Positions 28,339 through 38,766 of a stretch of DNA of 64,000 nucleotides are shown here, one piece after another. The first letter of the stretch is position 1. Each line of letters opens with the position of its first letter. The stretch lies in the IMG/VR virus record IMGVR_UViG_3300036822_000086; one strand, 5' to 3'. Below the pieces are notes generated by a model. The model did not search any database, was not told the DNA's origin, and saw nothing but the letters and a program-made list of their open reading frames with translations. Both the position numbers and the translations under genes were made by a program. This stretch comes from an uncultured virus (IMG/VR IMGVR_UViG_3300036822_000086). Taxonomy: Duplodnaviria > Heunggongvirae > Uroviricota > Caudoviricetes.

Positions 28339-29007
28339 TCACGACGATAACGCCACGCCTGTGGCCGGGCAGAACAGCGGATGCACGATTTTGTTTTCCG
28401 CTCTGATCTCGTCGGCGCGGCTGGCATCGGCATACAGCCGCTGCGCGATCACCAGCGTCGGCAGCACTTGATTGAACCGATAATTCAGCAACTGCGGCAA
28501 CGGCCGCGCGGTGACCACAAGATGGTTGGTCAGCGCCGCATAGAGCGCGCTTAGGTCCGCAAACGTTTCCTGATCCATGTCATCGGCGGCGATCTCAATC
28601 GAGTCTTGAAACGGCTGCTGAACCGAATCCTTCATCATCTGCACGTCTTGCCGACTGACGAATGCCGTGTTGGCGATGATCTCGCCTTCGCTCGCCAAAC
28701 ATAGCTCGATGCCACAATTCTGCACCAGCACGGCGCCCAGCGTCTGCGGTGCTTCGGCGACGATCGACGCGCGCACGATTTCCATTTGCTGATAAGTACA
28801 ACCGTTCTGCACCGCGAGCAGGAACACGTTGTTGAGCGGCGGCCCGAGCGTGTCGTTGCGCAGCCAGATATAGGCGTTGGCGGTGACATCGCCGATCGCC
28901 GCCCTGGCGCTGGCGCCGCTGACGCCGCTCGCCGGCACGGTCGCCGCAAGCTGCGTCATCATGCGGATCACGATGCCGCTGGCCTCTTGCGCATCCACCT
29001 TGTCCAT
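28339..29007 (-). CDS. Mu N-like DNA circularisation protein, C-terminal part
   Basis: LPTLVIAQRLYADASRADEIRAENKIVHPLFCP. Confidence 0.8.
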   Translation of the reverse strand: MDKVDAQEASGIVIRMMTQLAATVPASGVSGASARAAIGDVTANAYIWLRNDTLGPPLNNVFLLAVQNGCTYQQMEIVRASIVAEAPQTLGAVLVQNCGIELCLASEGEIIANTAFVSRQDVQMMKDSVQQPFQDSIEIAADDMDQETFADLSALYAALTNHLVVTARPLPQLLNYRFNQVLPTLVIAQRLYADASRADEIRAENKIVHPLFCPATGVALSS

Positions 29008-29012
29008 TTGTT

Positions 29013-29597
29013 TTATGATCCCGGCACTAGCGCTATCGGCGTGGTCACACCCGTCTGAACGCCGATCAACTGCGTCACCACGCGGTCGCGTAAATCGGTC
29101 GATGTGTTGATCAGCGCGGTGCGCGTGTCTTGCAGCGCGTAGGTTTCGGTGCCCGCCTCGAAGAATGTCATATCAACGGTGCAGTAGCCGCCGAGCTTGT
29201 CTTCCTCAGTAAAGCGAAAACGCTGGCACCATACGCTGATCGGCGGATATGTCGGCGTTTGCAAGACACCAGCTTGGCCGTCCGCCAGCACCCGATAGAG
29301 CGCATCGCGCGCGGTGCGGTAATCGCGCTGATAAAGATCGGACCCGGTCACGTCCACCGGATAGACAATCAGATAGCCGCGCACCGTCCAGCTAATGGCT
29401 TGGTGCCCCATGTCCTCGCAGTAATTGATGTCGCGCTTGGGGAACTGGTGCTGCACCAAGCGGCGGCCACTTTCCAAACTGTTTGCTTCGCAATGAAATT
29501 CGGCGCCGCGAAACGCCGCCGGCACGAGATCGTCGCGCCAAGGGTTGCCGATGAATTGCTTACGATATTTGGTGCTGACGGCGAAGATCGAGGCCAT
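29013..29597 (-). CDS. Mu N-like DNA circularisation protein, N-terminal domain
   Basis: WRDDLVPAAFRGAEF, GRRLVQHQFPKRD..EDMG, FFEAG. Confidence 0.85.
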   Translation of the reverse strand: MASIFAVSTKYRKQFIGNPWRDDLVPAAFRGAEFHCEANSLESGRRLVQHQFPKRDINYCEDMGHQAISWTVRGYLIVYPVDVTGSDLYQRDYRTARDALYRVLADGQAGVLQTPTYPPISVWCQRFRFTEEDKLGGYCTVDMTFFEAGTETYALQDTRTALINTSTDLRDRVVTQLIGVQTGVTTPIALVPGS

Positions 29598-29599
29598 GT

Positions 29600-32353
29600 T
29601 TAGTGCACCACATCTTCAGCGTTCGACCAATGATTGTCAGGGCCGTGCTCGGCGGGCTGCATCTGCGTTTGCCGGGCAATCTGCGGCTTGCGGAACAGCG
29701 GCGCCTTGCGCGGGCCACTGCGCCCGGTTTCCTGATGCTCGATGGTGATCGTGCCTTCGGTCATGCCGCCGCCAAAACCGCCACCAAATGAGCGATCGAG
29801 CGCGCGTCGATCGTCCTCGCCAGTGAACGTTGCCGCACCCGTCGCAGGACCGGCGGCAGCGGGCAGCGCACCAGCACCGGCAAGCTCGCTGAGCGATTGC
29901 GGCGCTGCCAATGACCCGCCTTGTTTCAGCCCCTGCATGATCATTCTTGCTGCACCCGTCATCGGCGTAAAATCAGTAATCGCGGGTATTCCCCGCGCCG
30001 CTGAAACCGCCGTGCCGGCGGCCTCGTTTGCCTGTTCGCGCGACATCCCGGTCAGTGCCGCGTAGGCGCGCCCGACAGTCGTTTCGACAGCACCCGTAAT
30101 CGGCGACACCGCTGCGCCACCAACGGCCCTGAATGCACTCCATAAACGTGACGACGTCGCATGACTCAGCGCCTCGGCTGGCGTCGCCGCGCCGCGATAA
30201 TCGGAAACCGGGCCGAGCCACGGAGCCGCGCCGGCAGCGCCGCGTTGCATCGCCGCGCCGATATCGCTGACCGGGTTCGACAAAGCTTGCGTGCGTTCCA
30301 AATAATCTTGGAATTGTTGTTTTGAGAACAGTGAGCGCGGCGGGACATGACCTTGCGGGATGACGATGCCGCCTTCGGCCATCGCCATATGCGGGCGGAA
30401 ATACTCGAAGCCTTTCGCCGGTGCGGTCGTTGCCCAGGCCGCCTGATTGCCGCCAAAGCCGGTGATGCGGTCCGACTTCGGATCGTAATCCTGCACAAAC
30501 GTGACGTGACTGCCTGTGTCGCCCGTAGCAATCGGCTTGCCGCCGGTAAGCGCCGCGCGCTGGCGGATCGCGACCGCGATATCGCCGGGCTGCGGCAGGC
30601 CGGTGATACGGTCACCGTAGTTGCGCCAATTACTGGCCACCTGCGCGCCGCCGGGCACGGTGCCGCCTAACGAATGCACCACCGAGGCGGCAAAATCGCC
30701 GCACCAGTTCGGGTCCTTGGGATAGCCCTGAGCCTTCATGAATGCGTCAACCGCGCTCGGGCCGCCGCCCAGGGCAACATGGCGCGCCTGCGCCAGCACA
30801 TCGGTCGGCACGTTGGGATCGAGGCGGGCGCCAATCGCCGCGCGCACGTCGGCGGAAGTATAGGCGCCCCCGGCGCCAGAGCCCTTGAACGCTTGAGACA
30901 CATGTTCGGCGCCAAGTGGAACCACCGCTTCCGCGCCATCAGTGCCCAACGTCGCATGCGTCGGCTTGGTGACAACCTGAGTGCCGCGCTTTGAAACGAT
31001 CGCTTCCGGCCCGGCTTCCCCGACCAGCGCGCGCGTCGGTCCGTGCACCACGCCGCCTTTGGCCATTGCGACCGGCGGACCAAACACACCGTTGTCGATC
31101 AGCCGTTCGACGTTCTGATTGAGTTGGTGGAATTCCTTGGTGCTGGTATCAACAGCCGTGCCGTGTCTCGACACGTCATCAACGTGTTGCTGGAGCGCAT
31201 CGCGCGAATCCTCGACGTTCTCCGAGTGCCGCCAGCCTTTCGTGATGTCACCATGGCCGAGCGAGCCCGGAGCAAGGCCCAGCACATCTGCCGCGTCGCC
31301 GCCGAGGAATTGAGCGGCAGGATGCCCACCACCAGTGCCCCACGCATTTCGCCAACGTTGCGCCAATGATTGCGCTGGCGGCGCTGGTCGCGCGGGTGCC
31401 CCGGCCCCTTGGTGCGTACCCCACGGGTCCGTTACTTGGTTCAGTCGATCTAAAATGTTTGATTCAAGCAAGGTCCCAAGTTTGATAATGCGGATTTCAA
31501 GATCAGTCGTCCAGCCTAATGTTTTGTTGAAAATTTCCTCGCGGGTCTGCGCTTCCTCCGTCAACGCATCATTCAATTCGCTGGCCTTTTCGGATGCCTT
31601 TTCGGCATTCTGAAGACGCCTCTCGTCTGCCTGCGTAAAGTCTTTGTTGACGTTGATCAGCCACGACGCGCCGAACTGCTCCAACAACATCAATTGCTTT
31701 TCACGCGCCAGCGTTTTGTCACCCGATCTCTCTAGTTCATTATTGTAGGCATTCTCCCCGAGATGCCGAACCTCGTTGAACTTTTCATAGGTCGTTCGAT
31801 ATGTCGAAACCCGAATAATGGCATCGGCCATTTGGTCGCGATAGGCGCCCGACATCCGCAACAGTGAATCGCGCCGCGCGCTGCCTGCCATGGTTAGCTC
31901 GGCGGTCGCGCGATTGAACTGAGCGATGGTCTGCATCGCGTTCTGCGCGCTGACGCCGGCTCGCTGGAACTGCTGAACGAGATCGCGAAACTGGCCCGGC
32001 TGCATCCCCGACATGCGCGCCGCGTTGCCCATGTCCACCACGGCGCGGGCCCATTCCTTGGCCTGCCCGATGCTGCGGAAAAGCTCAACGCCGAGCAGCG
32101 CCACCCCGGCCCCGACCGGCCCGATCACCTTGGCCAGATCGACCAGTGAACTGGTGACGCCCAACGAACTGCGCGCCAGATTGCCGAGCGCCTTTTCGAA
32201 TTCACCGACTTCCTTGGTCGCCGCCTGCGCCGCGTGCTGTGCCGGCTGGCCAAGTTGGCTGAGTTGTTGATTGAGCGCCTGAACCTTTTTCGTCGCCTCG
32301 TCATCAGCAATCATGCTGATGCGCAGAACGACTTCCTCTGTGCGCGAGGCCAT
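29600..32353 (-). CDS. tape-measure-like protein 2 with CHAP/NlpC-type domain
   Basis: Helical N-terminus; MAKGGVV...GEAGPEA; WCGDF...HVTFV...GGNQ. Confidence 0.75.
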   Translation of the reverse strand: MASRTEEVVLRISMIADDEATKKVQALNQQLSQLGQPAQHAAQAATKEVGEFEKALGNLARSSLGVTSSLVDLAKVIGPVGAGVALLGVELFRSIGQAKEWARAVVDMGNAARMSGMQPGQFRDLVQQFQRAGVSAQNAMQTIAQFNRATAELTMAGSARRDSLLRMSGAYRDQMADAIIRVSTYRTTYEKFNEVRHLGENAYNNELERSGDKTLAREKQLMLLEQFGASWLINVNKDFTQADERRLQNAEKASEKASELNDALTEEAQTREEIFNKTLGWTTDLEIRIIKLGTLLESNILDRLNQVTDPWGTHQGAGAPARPAPPAQSLAQRWRNAWGTGGGHPAAQFLGGDAADVLGLAPGSLGHGDITKGWRHSENVEDSRDALQQHVDDVSRHGTAVDTSTKEFHQLNQNVERLIDNGVFGPPVAMAKGGVVHGPTRALVGEAGPEAIVSKRGTQVVTKPTHATLGTDGAEAVVPLGAEHVSQAFKGSGAGGAYTSADVRAAIGARLDPNVPTDVLAQARHVALGGGPSAVDAFMKAQGYPKDPNWCGDFAASVVHSLGGTVPGGAQVASNWRNYGDRITGLPQPGDIAVAIRQRAALTGGKPIATGDTGSHVTFVQDYDPKSDRITGFGGNQAAWATTAPAKGFEYFRPHMAMAEGGIVIPQGHVPPRSLFSKQQFQDYLERTQALSNPVSDIGAAMQRGAAGAAPWLGPVSDYRGAATPAEALSHATSSRLWSAFRAVGGAAVSPITGAVETTVGRAYAALTGMSREQANEAAGTAVSAARGIPAITDFTPMTGAARMIMQGLKQGGSLAAPQSLSELAGAGALPAAAGPATGAATFTGEDDRRALDRSFGGGFGGGMTEGTITIEHQETGRSGPRKAPLFRKPQIARQTQMQPAEHGPDNHWSNAEDVVH

Positions 32354-35300
32354 CAGGCAAACTCCAGCCCGCCGGACTTAAACTTGGTCGGCGCTTCCGG
32401 CGGTGGCGCGTTACTGCGCTCCATTGTGTGGCCCTTGAATGCGTCGCCATCCGCCTTGGCCGTGACGTCGGCCGGCGCATTCCTGTGCTTGATCGTCAGC
32501 TTGATGTGCTGTTGCGCCGCGACCGCCGCAGCGCGACTGTCCAGCGCAGCCCGATCGGCTGTCGCGTCGCCGGTATCCCATCGGCTGCCCTTCAATATGT
32601 CGTCGTCGTTCTTATTCTTATCGAGCGAGTTATCTGGGACTTTAATTCCCTTGTCACCACCGTAAGCGATCGCGTTCAGTTGCCTGATCGAGTCATGCGT
32701 CGTCTGCGCCGAAGCGCTCGGCCACGCAAATGGATCAGTCGGAACACCCGCTGCTGTTTGTGCTGTAGATGGTGTAGGCGTGTCTGCTGTCGGATGGCTG
32801 CTTGGATTGGTATCAAGTGGCTTACTAAGACGGCCGATACGAAAATCACCCCAATAGCCAGGATTTTTCGCATCAACATAATCCATTCTTGTTGAATCAG
32901 CCTGAATAATCTGTACCTTTCCAGTTGCTGGATTGTATCCTTCAGGGCCTATCATTGCCGCATGGCCGTGCCCGCCGACTTCATGCATTTTAGCTAAAAT
33001 GTCACCGGGTTGGGCATTCACCAAACCGTTAATCGGCGCGCCAATTTTGAGATAGTTAGATGCCCGATCATAGGCTGCTGGATAATCCACGCCTTCTTTA
33101 CCGCCTGAATTTTTGATGATTGAAGTAACAAATTCAGCGCACTCGAACTGGCTGGTTCTTACTCCTGATTTTTTTAGATAGTCGTTCACCGCCGCAGAAT
33201 CTCGCGATTTAGCCAATTCCGCAGCATGCGCCAATACTACAGGGTCAATCGCAGTCGTGCCGGAATGAGTTAGGGCTTGTGTTGCTTCGGACGGGATTCC
33301 GGTGACTTGCGTCGTGGTGGCGGCGCCGCGAATAACTTGCGCGCCGCTCGGCAGCGTTTCGATTACTTGTGCGCCGCCCGTGCCCGGGGCACCAACAAGT
33401 GTCTGTGCTGTTGTTGCTTGTACCGCATTTGCCGCCGCGACCTTCTCGGCCTGCGTCAGATGCTTATTGCGCAGCACGTCAATGCCGGGACCATTCCAAT
33501 CACGAATCAACGATCCGAAATAGCGCCCGGCGCCGAGCCGTCCGCGACTGTTTGGGCTCGTGACGTAGCCGTCTTTCGGAATTGAGCCTGTCCATTGGTT
33601 GACTAGCGCCTGGGCTTGCGCGTCGGGGTCGTTAACATCGCGACCCCGCAAGCCATAGTTTGCAAGATCATCGGACCTAGCGGTTCGATCAAACTGATTG
33701 AGGCCGCCTTTGGCCGCATTTGCTTTAAGCCCGCTCTCCTGCATCGACGTGGCAAGCGCAAGCCGAGCCCATTCCTCCGGTGTGCCTTTGGTAATGCCAA
33801 ACTCGGAACCATCCTTGGGCACAAAACCGTCGAGCGAACTGCCCTTGAACTTGGTGACGTAGGATTGAAACAACGCGTTTGGATCAACGGCGCCGCCCGG
33901 ACCTGCTTTGACCGCAGGGCCACCGGTTGCGGCGCCAAGACCGCCGCCGCCACCACCGGCCGCTGCCGTCGTTGGCCAACTCACCGCAGGTTTGCCACCT
34001 ACAAATTGACCGCCGAGTCCTACGCCGCCCGGACCCATTCCCGTGCTGATGCCGCGCGCGTAGGCGCGTTGCCCAGCGCTGACGTTCATGAAGCTCGGCG
34101 GCAAACCGGTTATCTGGCTGAATCGTTCCGGGCTGACGTTGATGCCGAAGGGCTGGCCGCCCGTCACGGCCGCGAGCGGCGTGCCTGTCGGACCGGTTAC
34201 CGGAGGCGGGGGCGGTGTTGTCGGGCCCGTGCCATCCGTGCCCGTAGGACCCGTGCCACGATAACCACCACCCCCGCCGCCGCCCCCACCCAGGCTGCTG
34301 ATGTTACCCAAACCGAGTTGCCCGGCCAGACCGCCACCGCCGCCGGGCTTGGTCAGGCTCAGAATTCGTTGGAGGTTGTCATTGAGTCGGCGAACTTCGT
34401 TGGTGTTCTGATCGAACTGGCCGCTGCGATCGTCCTCGACGTTCTCCGATTGGCGCCAGTTGCCGGCGATCGATCCGCCGCCGTCTCCCGCATCAGTGAA
34501 TCCATAAAACTTCGCCGCGCCTGTGGCTGGCCCAGCCGCCGGGCCGCCGAGCGTCCCAAGTCCAAGCTGGTCAGCAAGACCTTGGGGCGGCGGAAGCGGC
34601 GCAGCCGATGGCGCCGACGCAGGCTTGCCCATGCCGAAGGCTGAGCCCCATGACCATTCGCTCGGACCCGGCGTGTTTGTTTGACCCGGCCGCGCTGGCG
34701 CTGCTGGTCCGACGCCAAATGCTGGTGCCGTTTGCTCCATCCGCGCCAGAATGTTCTTTTCAATATCGATCAACAATTGGATCATCTTCAATTCTGGACC
34801 GGCCAGAAATTCATTCCATTTTTCGTTGATTTCTTCCCGTGTTTGCGCTTCCTCCGTCATCGCCTCGTTAAGCTCGCGCGCCTTCGTGCTAAGCTCATCG
34901 CGCGCTTGCATGCGTTTTACGTCTTCTTTATTCAGATCGCGGTGAATGTTGATCAGAAACTCGGCGTTGAATTTTGCTAGGAATTGCCGTTCGCGATAGC
35001 GGGCGAGGATCGTGTCGTGCGTGTCATTCACAGCATTCTGATAAACATTCTCGCCAGCGTGCCGAACCGCATTGAGCCGATCCGTCTCATCCGTAATGCC
35101 GCGCAGATTGAGCAGCACTTGCGCCATGTTTTGCGCGTAGCCCATGCCCGCGAGGCTCATGATCTCGGCGCGCTTGCCGCCGCTCGTCAGCACTTCGGAA
35201 TAGGCGCGATTGAAGCCGGCTATTCCAGCCGAGGCGTCCCGGGCCGAGAGGCCCATGCGCTGCATCTGCTCGGAAATGCCTTTGAATTCGCCGAAGCTCA

Positions 35301-35646
35301 GACCCGCCATCTTGGCGGCGTTGCTCATCTCGACAACACCGCGCGACCATTCCGCCGACGAACGAATGATCCGCGTGATCTCATAACCAGCCAACCCCAC
35401 CGCGACCGGGAACGGCCCGATGACTTTGACCAGATCACCGAACGCGCGCCCGACTCCCAACGCCTCGCGGCCGAGATTGCGAACGGCCTTCTCCCATTCG
35501 CCCATCTCCTGATTCACGCGCCGTTGCGCCTCGCGCACAGCGGGCCCGCTCAATTGGGCAATAGCCTCCCGCACCCCGGCGATGGCCGCCGAAGCTTGAT
35601 CATTGAATTCCGTGGTGAGGGTGAGAACTTGTTCTTCAGTCGCCAT
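32353..35646 (-). CDS. tape-measure-like protein 1 with lytic transglycosylase-like and CHAP-like domains
   Basis: Follows the tail chaperone; QESGL...GLNQF; ECAEFV...GHAAMI. Confidence 0.78.
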   Translation of the reverse strand: MATEEQVLTLTTEFNDQASAAIAGVREAIAQLSGPAVREAQRRVNQEMGEWEKAVRNLGREALGVGRAFGDLVKVIGPFPVAVGLAGYEITRIIRSSAEWSRGVVEMSNAAKMAGLSFGEFKGISEQMQRMGLSARDASAGIAGFNRAYSEVLTSGGKRAEIMSLAGMGYAQNMAQVLLNLRGITDETDRLNAVRHAGENVYQNAVNDTHDTILARYRERQFLAKFNAEFLINIHRDLNKEDVKRMQARDELSTKARELNEAMTEEAQTREEINEKWNEFLAGPELKMIQLLIDIEKNILARMEQTAPAFGVGPAAPARPGQTNTPGPSEWSWGSAFGMGKPASAPSAAPLPPPQGLADQLGLGTLGGPAAGPATGAAKFYGFTDAGDGGGSIAGNWRQSENVEDDRSGQFDQNTNEVRRLNDNLQRILSLTKPGGGGGLAGQLGLGNISSLGGGGGGGGGYRGTGPTGTDGTGPTTPPPPPVTGPTGTPLAAVTGGQPFGINVSPERFSQITGLPPSFMNVSAGQRAYARGISTGMGPGGVGLGGQFVGGKPAVSWPTTAAAGGGGGGLGAATGGPAVKAGPGGAVDPNALFQSYVTKFKGSSLDGFVPKDGSEFGITKGTPEEWARLALATSMQESGLKANAAKGGLNQFDRTARSDDLANYGLRGRDVNDPDAQAQALVNQWTGSIPKDGYVTSPNSRGRLGAGRYFGSLIRDWNGPGIDVLRNKHLTQAEKVAAANAVQATTAQTLVGAPGTGGAQVIETLPSGAQVIRGAATTTQVTGIPSEATQALTHSGTTAIDPVVLAHAAELAKSRDSAAVNDYLKKSGVRTSQFECAEFVTSIIKNSGGKEGVDYPAAYDRASNYLKIGAPINGLVNAQPGDILAKMHEVGGHGHAAMIGPEGYNPATGKVQIIQADSTRMDYVDAKNPGYWGDFRIGRLSKPLDTNPSSHPTADTPTPSTAQTAAGVPTDPFAWPSASAQTTHDSIRQLNAIAYGGDKGIKVPDNSLDKNKNDDDILKGSRWDTGDATADRAALDSRAAAVAAQQHIKLTIKHRNAPADVTAKADGDAFKGHTMERSNAPPPEAPTKFKSGGLEFA

Positions 35647-35796
35647 CAGAGTCCCGCCGCATTAGACGCGCGAGTTGCGATGTGCGCCGCAAGTGCAGAC
35701 GCACGTCGGCCAACGGCATGGCCAGAAACAAGTCAGGGGGCTGGTGATAGTAGTGTGCGAGCCGATAGCAATCGAGGATCAAGTCTTCCTCGTTGC

Positions 35797-36306
35797 CTAT
35801 GAGGCCCGACGACTGGGAAGAAAAAAACGCATCAACTCATAGGCCGCAAAATTCCAGTCGCGCGGGTCCATCTGATCCAGGAACGGCGGCAGGATGTCGG
35901 ACAACGCCGCCATGATGTAGTGCATCTTTCGTTCTTCGATCACCCAATCGCCCGCGCTATTCATCCGCACCGGATTGCCATAGCGATTGATGTCGCCGCC
36001 CTTGGGCTCGCGGAACGACAGTTCGTTGACCGTCTCGCCCTTGTTGTTGCGGATCGGCTTGAACGAAAGCTTCACCACGATCGGCCACAGTTCTTCGGTC
36101 GATGGCGCCGCCGCATCAAGCTCCGCTGGCGACGCCTCGATCTCGGGCCCCGGATGCGGAGCCGGTGGCCGGGGCGGCTCGATCGTCTTCGGCGTCGGCT
36201 CGGCGGTTGGCACCTGCCCTTGAACAAAGCCCTCTCGCCCGCGCGGCTGGCCCGCACGGCGCTGCTGCTCGGTAAGCTGATTGATTGCACCTACGTGTTC
36301 GTTCAT
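35797..36306 (-). CDS. tail assembly chaperone with -1 frameshift extension to 35636
   Basis: ELSFREPKGGD...MDPRDW; T7 slippery run at 35821-35827. Confidence 0.85.
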   Translation of the reverse strand: MNEHVGAINQLTEQQRRAGQPRGREGFVQGQVPTAEPTPKTIEPPRPPAPHPGPEIEASPAELDAAAPSTEELWPIVVKLSFKPIRNNKGETVNELSFREPKGGDINRYGNPVRMNSAGDWVIEERKMHYIMAALSDILPPFLDQMDPRDWNFAAYELMRFFLPSRRAS

Positions 36307-36341
36307 GCGTCACCTTCTTGTTGTTTGGATTAGGTTGTTTG

Positions 36342-36707
36342 TTAGATCGGCAACTCGTCGCAGATCAAGCCTTCCCACCTAACCCGCACCTGACCGTCGC
36401 GGGTGTTGGCTTCGAAGCCGCCTTTGCAAGTTGCTCCAGAAAGTGTGTACTGCATCCCGTTTGCTAACTGAGCAACAACAGTACTGTCAGTCTCAGTTAG
36501 CAACCCTTCCAACGAGAAGCCGGGAACGGTCGAGATGTCGCCCTCGATGTACGGAACACGTGGCAATTCCTGATAACCATGAACGCCATCCTGGCCGGCG
36601 ATCATGGTTCGCTCGACCGGGGATGGCGACACGGTGAAATTGCCACGCAAAGCCAGTTGCGCGCCGTCCACGTTTAGGAAGGCGATGCCAGCAAAGCGCT
36701 GTGCCAT
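36342..36707 (-). CDS. tail tube protein (Mu gpM-like)
   Basis: RFAGIAFLNVDG...GQDGVHGYQELP.VPYIEG. Confidence 0.9.
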   Translation of the reverse strand: MAQRFAGIAFLNVDGAQLALRGNFTVSPSPVERTMIAGQDGVHGYQELPRVPYIEGDISTVPGFSLEGLLTETDSTVVAQLANGMQYTLSGATCKGGFEANTRDGQVRVRWEGLICDELPI

Positions 36708-36799
36708 GGGTTTATATCCTCGCTGCGGTTATGCGACGTCGCTCCGCACCGAGCTTGGTCAGCTTGGGTTGACTGTTTGGTTTTTGATTTGTTGTTTGG

Positions 36800-38674
36800 T
36801 TAGCCGTTGGCCTGCGACGAGGCCAGGAACGGCCCCGGCGCCGGACCGATGATTGCCTCATCAACTCCACGGCCGTACTGCAAGCGGAACTGATTCAGCA
36901 CCGCGAAGATGCGCAGTTGGTTGATAAGGTCAGGCGGATACAAGACATTGGCGCGATTGGGGTCAACGCTGTCGCGTTCAACCATCAGGAACTGTTTGAA
37001 TAGCTCCACATTCTCCACGAGGCCGTTGAATTCATCATTGCGATATTGCGCGACCAGTGCGCCCTTGATGATCCCCGGCGTAACGATCGCTTGCCCTGGA
37101 CCGAACTTGGTGCCGTCATTGGCAAGCTTGTGGCGCGGGAACGAACTGGTCACCATGGCCTTCTGATTGCGCATCAGCTTGGCCAAGGTCGCCAACGTCG
37201 TGACCAACTCGTAAGCATCGTCCGTGGCGCCGTACAGGTTCCACTGGTAGGTGGTCTGTTCTCGGGCGATCATCGGCTGTCCGTCGGTGCCCGGCATCTG
37301 GATCGCGAGCCCATTGCTGGCGAGCGAATTCAGTTCCGGGAAATCAAATCGCTGGTGGATCGGCGCCAGCTTGATTTGATTGAGGGACAGACTCTGCAAC
37401 GGCCGCGCCGGATCATTGACCAATGCCCGCTGCGCCTTGGCGGTGTAGGCCGCCGCAGCCTCGAACATCGGCGACTGCGTGGCGTTCTCGAACGCCATCA
37501 CCGACACCACGCCCGAATTGTTTGTCTCGCCCCACAGCACAAGATCGGGATAGCCGTTGTCGGCGGAGCCGGTGCTGACCCCGCGCCGCGCCGAGAAAAT
37601 GTGACCAAATAGTTGACGCTCCCAACCCCAGCGGCCCGTGTCTGAGAACCCGTATTCCTGTTCCCAAACAAACAAACTGTCGGAGTCCGTGTAGGGCATA
37701 CAAACATATTCGTACGGTTCATTGCCCAGCGAATTAAGCGCGGTCGTGAAGTCCGGCGTGCCGGTGCCACCCGTCAGGAACGGATCAACCGTGATGCCGA
37801 GCCCGACCGGCGTCACGTCGCCGCCGCGCGAGCCGTAGTAGTTCAACATCATCGGAATGTCGTTGCCGCTGATGCCCGCCCAGTTGCACAGCAGATTGAC
37901 TTGCGACGGCGCCGTCGGTGGTCCGCTGGCACTTCCACCCGAGCCGTAAGTCCCCGGGTTGTTCAGCATGGGAACGACAATAGTTGATCCCGTCGTGCCG
38001 GTTTGGGCGACGAACGTCCCGTTGTAGGAGGCCGGCGTAATGCCGGTGATTTGCACCTGCTCGCCAACCGTGAAGTTGTGCGGCGCCGCCGTCGTGTAGG
38101 TCGCCTGTCCGGTCGGCGTATTGCTCCACGTCGCCGCGTTGATGGTCTGCGACGCGCTCGCCACCGCTGGCGTCATCGTCGCCGTCACCGGCAACGACGT
38201 CGCATTGCCAATCGTCCCGATCCCGAACCAGTTGTTGATCGAATCAACAATCGCGTTGGCGATGTCGTCCGTGGTGTCGGTGGTGGCAATGTTGGTCGGC
38301 ACATGCTCGCCGCTGATGTAGAGCGCGATCGTGCCCGCCGCCGTGCAGGGCGATGTGATCTTGATCTCGCCCGTGGCTTTTTCCGAGTTGACCGATGCCG
38401 GAACAGGCAATCCCCAAACCTCGTTTGCGAAATTATTGGCGTAGTACGCTTTGAACATCCGGTCGATCTCCGACCCGGCGCCAAAGAACTGCGACGACAT
38501 CGCCTGCGATCCAATCGGAATCGTGATGTTCATCTCAGCCGTGCCGCCGGTCGCCGTACCAACAATCAACGCACGCAGGTTGATTGACGGCAGACCAGCC
38601 ATGGAGGGGTCCACCTCCACCCAGTACAAGGGGACCTTCAGATTTTGCGGGATTTGTGCGAATGAAATCGGCAT
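36800..38674 (-). CDS. contractile tail sheath (Mu gpL-like)
   Basis: ISFAQIPQNLKVPLYWVE, DPARPLQSL, PPDLINQLRIFA. Confidence 0.93.
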   Translation of the reverse strand: MPISFAQIPQNLKVPLYWVEVDPSMAGLPSINLRALIVGTATGGTAEMNITIPIGSQAMSSQFFGAGSEIDRMFKAYYANNFANEVWGLPVPASVNSEKATGEIKITSPCTAAGTIALYISGEHVPTNIATTDTTDDIANAIVDSINNWFGIGTIGNATSLPVTATMTPAVASASQTINAATWSNTPTGQATYTTAAPHNFTVGEQVQITGITPASYNGTFVAQTGTTGSTIVVPMLNNPGTYGSGGSASGPPTAPSQVNLLCNWAGISGNDIPMMLNYYGSRGGDVTPVGLGITVDPFLTGGTGTPDFTTALNSLGNEPYEYVCMPYTDSDSLFVWEQEYGFSDTGRWGWERQLFGHIFSARRGVSTGSADNGYPDLVLWGETNNSGVVSVMAFENATQSPMFEAAAAYTAKAQRALVNDPARPLQSLSLNQIKLAPIHQRFDFPELNSLASNGLAIQMPGTDGQPMIAREQTTYQWNLYGATDDAYELVTTLATLAKLMRNQKAMVTSSFPRHKLANDGTKFGPGQAIVTPGIIKGALVAQYRNDEFNGLVENVELFKQFLMVERDSVDPNRANVLYPPDLINQLRIFAVLNQFRLQYGRGVDEAIIGPAPGPFLASSQANG

Positions 38675-38766
38675 TTTTCATAGGCTCCTTCCGGGCCATT
38701 GTCAAGATTGCACAGCTTTGATAGGCTGCGCTGTTAGTGGTTCGCACCTGACTGAAGGAAATCCCG

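Noticed and set aside
38151..38204. Nine in-phase NN-CGNN units in the sheath gene
   Set aside because: Explicable by alternating Thr/Ala/Pro/Ser NCG codons, and the core is more degenerate; not counted as an array, though a formal scan should revisit it.
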